Positions 61,343-64,000 of a DNA stretch of 64,000 nucleotides are shown here, piece after piece. Made by a program: the position numbers and the translations under genes. Position 1 is the first letter of the stretch. Each line of letters begins with the position of its first letter. The stretch is taken from NCBI RefSeq assembly GCF_006345805.1, contig NC_043000.1, positions 44,950,001-45,014,000 of the forward strand. Direction: 5' to 3'. The notes below the pieces were generated by a model that saw only the letters and a list, made by a program, of their open reading frames with translations, ran no database searches and had not been told where the DNA came from. The stretch comes from Octopus sinensis. Its lineage: Eukaryota.

Positions 61343-62164
61343 AGATCTGTAGATTTTGATTTTAAATTCTTGGCTTGTTAATAATCTTAAACGACCAGAG
61401 TCAATATAACTTGTCCCAGCCAATAATATAATAGGATAACATAGTTTTTGGTATGTCAAGTAAAGGGCAACGTGAGATAAATAGCAATAGATAATAACAG
61501 AGATCTAGTTTAATTGACAATACACAGCAAACGATTTTTAAACATTGGCTTTGTGCCTAATCAAAAGAAATCTAAGTAATGCCAACATATGTACATGAAA
61601 AACAAAAAAAAAAACAAAAGCAAAAAGAGAAAAAAGAATAGAAATGAACACAGAACAAAAAGAAAAAGAAACTTAAATGGAGGTTAGAAAAACTAAATAA
61701 GTGGACATTGGAGAAGAAGCTTGTGGATTTAAATTTCTTTCAAATTCTTTCTTCAGGCTCATGTAATAAATACAATATTGATCAAATAAACAGATAGAAT
61801 AGTTGAACACTTCTTTAATGTGATAGCTTTTTGTGCCTTCTTAATTGAGCTGGGTTTCGATGTAGTTGTGAATTATGCAGCATCATTGATTTCTCTGGTC
61901 AGGTGAAGCAGAATAAATGAAGAGTGAGTGAGATCATTATTTTAAACATGTTCCAACCATCCAACGTTATTTATGCATGATAAGTCACATAAGCTTGGGC
62001 AAGTAAAAATGAGTTCTTTATCATAAATACATGTGTGTATAGCTGGGATGCATGAATGTGAATTTGAGTGTGTGCAAAGTGCATATGTGTGTGGGTGTGT
62101 TAATCTTAAAAACCTTCCCATCTACCTAACCATAACACGTTCATGTGCGTGTTCATAATAGAAT

Positions 62165-62410
<246 letters not shown>

Positions 62411-63741
62411 CATATATTTATGGAAGTATGCATCTTACAGATGCATACATAAATAGACACATACATCATTTAATTAAACTTCTTAAAATTTTCTTGACTT
62501 TTCTAAAATTTCGTTTTCACCTTTTGTTTCTTTTCCATTTCTATTCTCTTCTTCGACAATCCACCTTTATCTATTCATTTAATTATTTATTTATTTATTC
62601 CTTTTTCCATTCTTAGTTTATCTCGCAAAGAATGATATTGATATTTTCACCCTCCTACCTCCTTACAAGAACCACTTTTCCTCACAACACACCTCACACT
62701 CTTACACTCTGTGTGCACATACTGTACATTCAAGTAAACCAACACTTGCACACACAGCTATGCTTACAGAGAGAACTACTTTCAGAAATGTATTTGCTAA
62801 TTGACTGTAAACTTTGCAGTGCTTTCATTAGAATGAGACATGACTTGGAGATAGAGTTTAGTTTTCAACATATGTGATTTTAATCAATGATGCTTCCACT
62901 ACATTGAAACATCATTATGATCCCTCACTTTCTTTCTCTCACCTTCCTTCTCTCTCTTTCTCCTTTTCCCCTCTCTCTCTATATATATATATACATATAT
63001 ATACACACATATACAAACACACACACATACATATATACATATATATTTATATACATATAAATATATATATATATATATATATAAGTACATATATGTGTTT
63101 GTGTGCATCTGTGTATACACACCAATGTATTGCTATAATTGTTATATATAAAGTAACAATGATAACAACAAGAACAATAGCAGCTGCTACACAAAATCAA
63201 CACCACCACCAACAATAGCAATAATAATGTTTAACATTCCAAAGTTTTCTATCCTTTATTATGACTTTAACATGAAGGAGATGGGAGACAGCTGTAACTG
63301 TAGAATTACTGTAAGACTACATGTATATACATAGTTGGATTTTGACTGCACTTTTAAGGCACTGCATTCAAAACTAAGAAAAGTTCATGTTACCTTTCAT
63401 TGTTTTAACTTTTGAGGAAAGGCTAGCGAATCATTGGGCAATGATCCTTATGTTCTGTGCATTCTGAGTTCAAATACAACCACGGTCAACTTTATATTTT
63501 ATACTGCATGGAGTAGATACAAAAGGTACTAATCTATTGGTTTGTCTGGAAAGTGCGTGCTGATTTATAGTAGCTTACCTTTCGACTTATTTCAGAACAT
63601 GGCTGAGTCCATAAAATAGGATTTGACTACACCTCCATTAAGAGCACAGTTTAAGCTATCTTTTCGTGGAAGAAGGTTTATGTTCCTATAACCTCTGTTA
63701 ATTCTGTAACCCTTTAAAGTGGAAGATAAGACAGTTCATTT

Positions 63742-63860
63742 TCAGCATTTGATGCTTCGGGAACCAGGCAAAAATTGCTGCAGCTCATCCATGAAGATAG
63801 GGTGGTTGAGACGAGGTCCATTCTCTCTCAGCTCATAGTGTACATTGATTTTGCATAGGA
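63742..63860 (-). CDS. Probable terminal coding exon of an unidentified host gene lying mostly beyond the window end (..LCKINVHYELRENGPRLNHPIFMDELQQFLPGSRSIKC*)
   Basis: Pyrimidine-rich acceptor ccttgatcccactttctgtAG; phase-1 frame open 38 codons to TGA while the other two frames stop early; higher GC than flanks; non-repetitive, protein-like composition; possible AATAAA (tttatt on +) at 63255-63260. Protein not recognised. Confidence 0.55.
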
Positions 63861-64000
63861 CTACAGAAAGTGGGATCAAGGTTATAACAAATAAAATTAT
63901 TTTATCATTATTATTACTTTATGTTTGACTTTAGCTTTGTATTTGTACAACTTGAATCCAAGTATCACACAGAGACCCCAAGAGACCACAAATTAGAAGT

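Overview
This is an AT-rich animal genomic window, not prokaryotic. The SINE types and extreme (TA)n/(CA)n/(TAA)n microsatellite density suggest an octopus or other coleoid cephalopod, an inference from remembered repeat sequences. Almost all ORFs in the supplied track are microsatellite artefacts. Transposable element content: many tRNA-derived SINE copies of three or more families; three decayed Tc1/mariner elements; a decayed PGBD4-like piggyBac; RTE and CR1/L2-like LINE fragments; Helitron-like pieces; and a ~1.9 kb decayed Penelope-like retroelement (RT plus C-terminal GIY-YIG, Naiad-like). The only convincing host coding sequence is a probable 119-nt terminal exon on the minus strand (63742-63860, unidentified protein). 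The most notable signal is not in the ORF track: five type-I hammerhead ribozyme motifs, each in a different sequence context, within the first 20 kb (1211, 5158, 7828, 12145, 19545). Three of them lie in fold-back or direct-repeat structures resembling Penelope pseudo-LTRs or retrozymes. All alignments, folds and family names were judged by eye and need computational confirmation.
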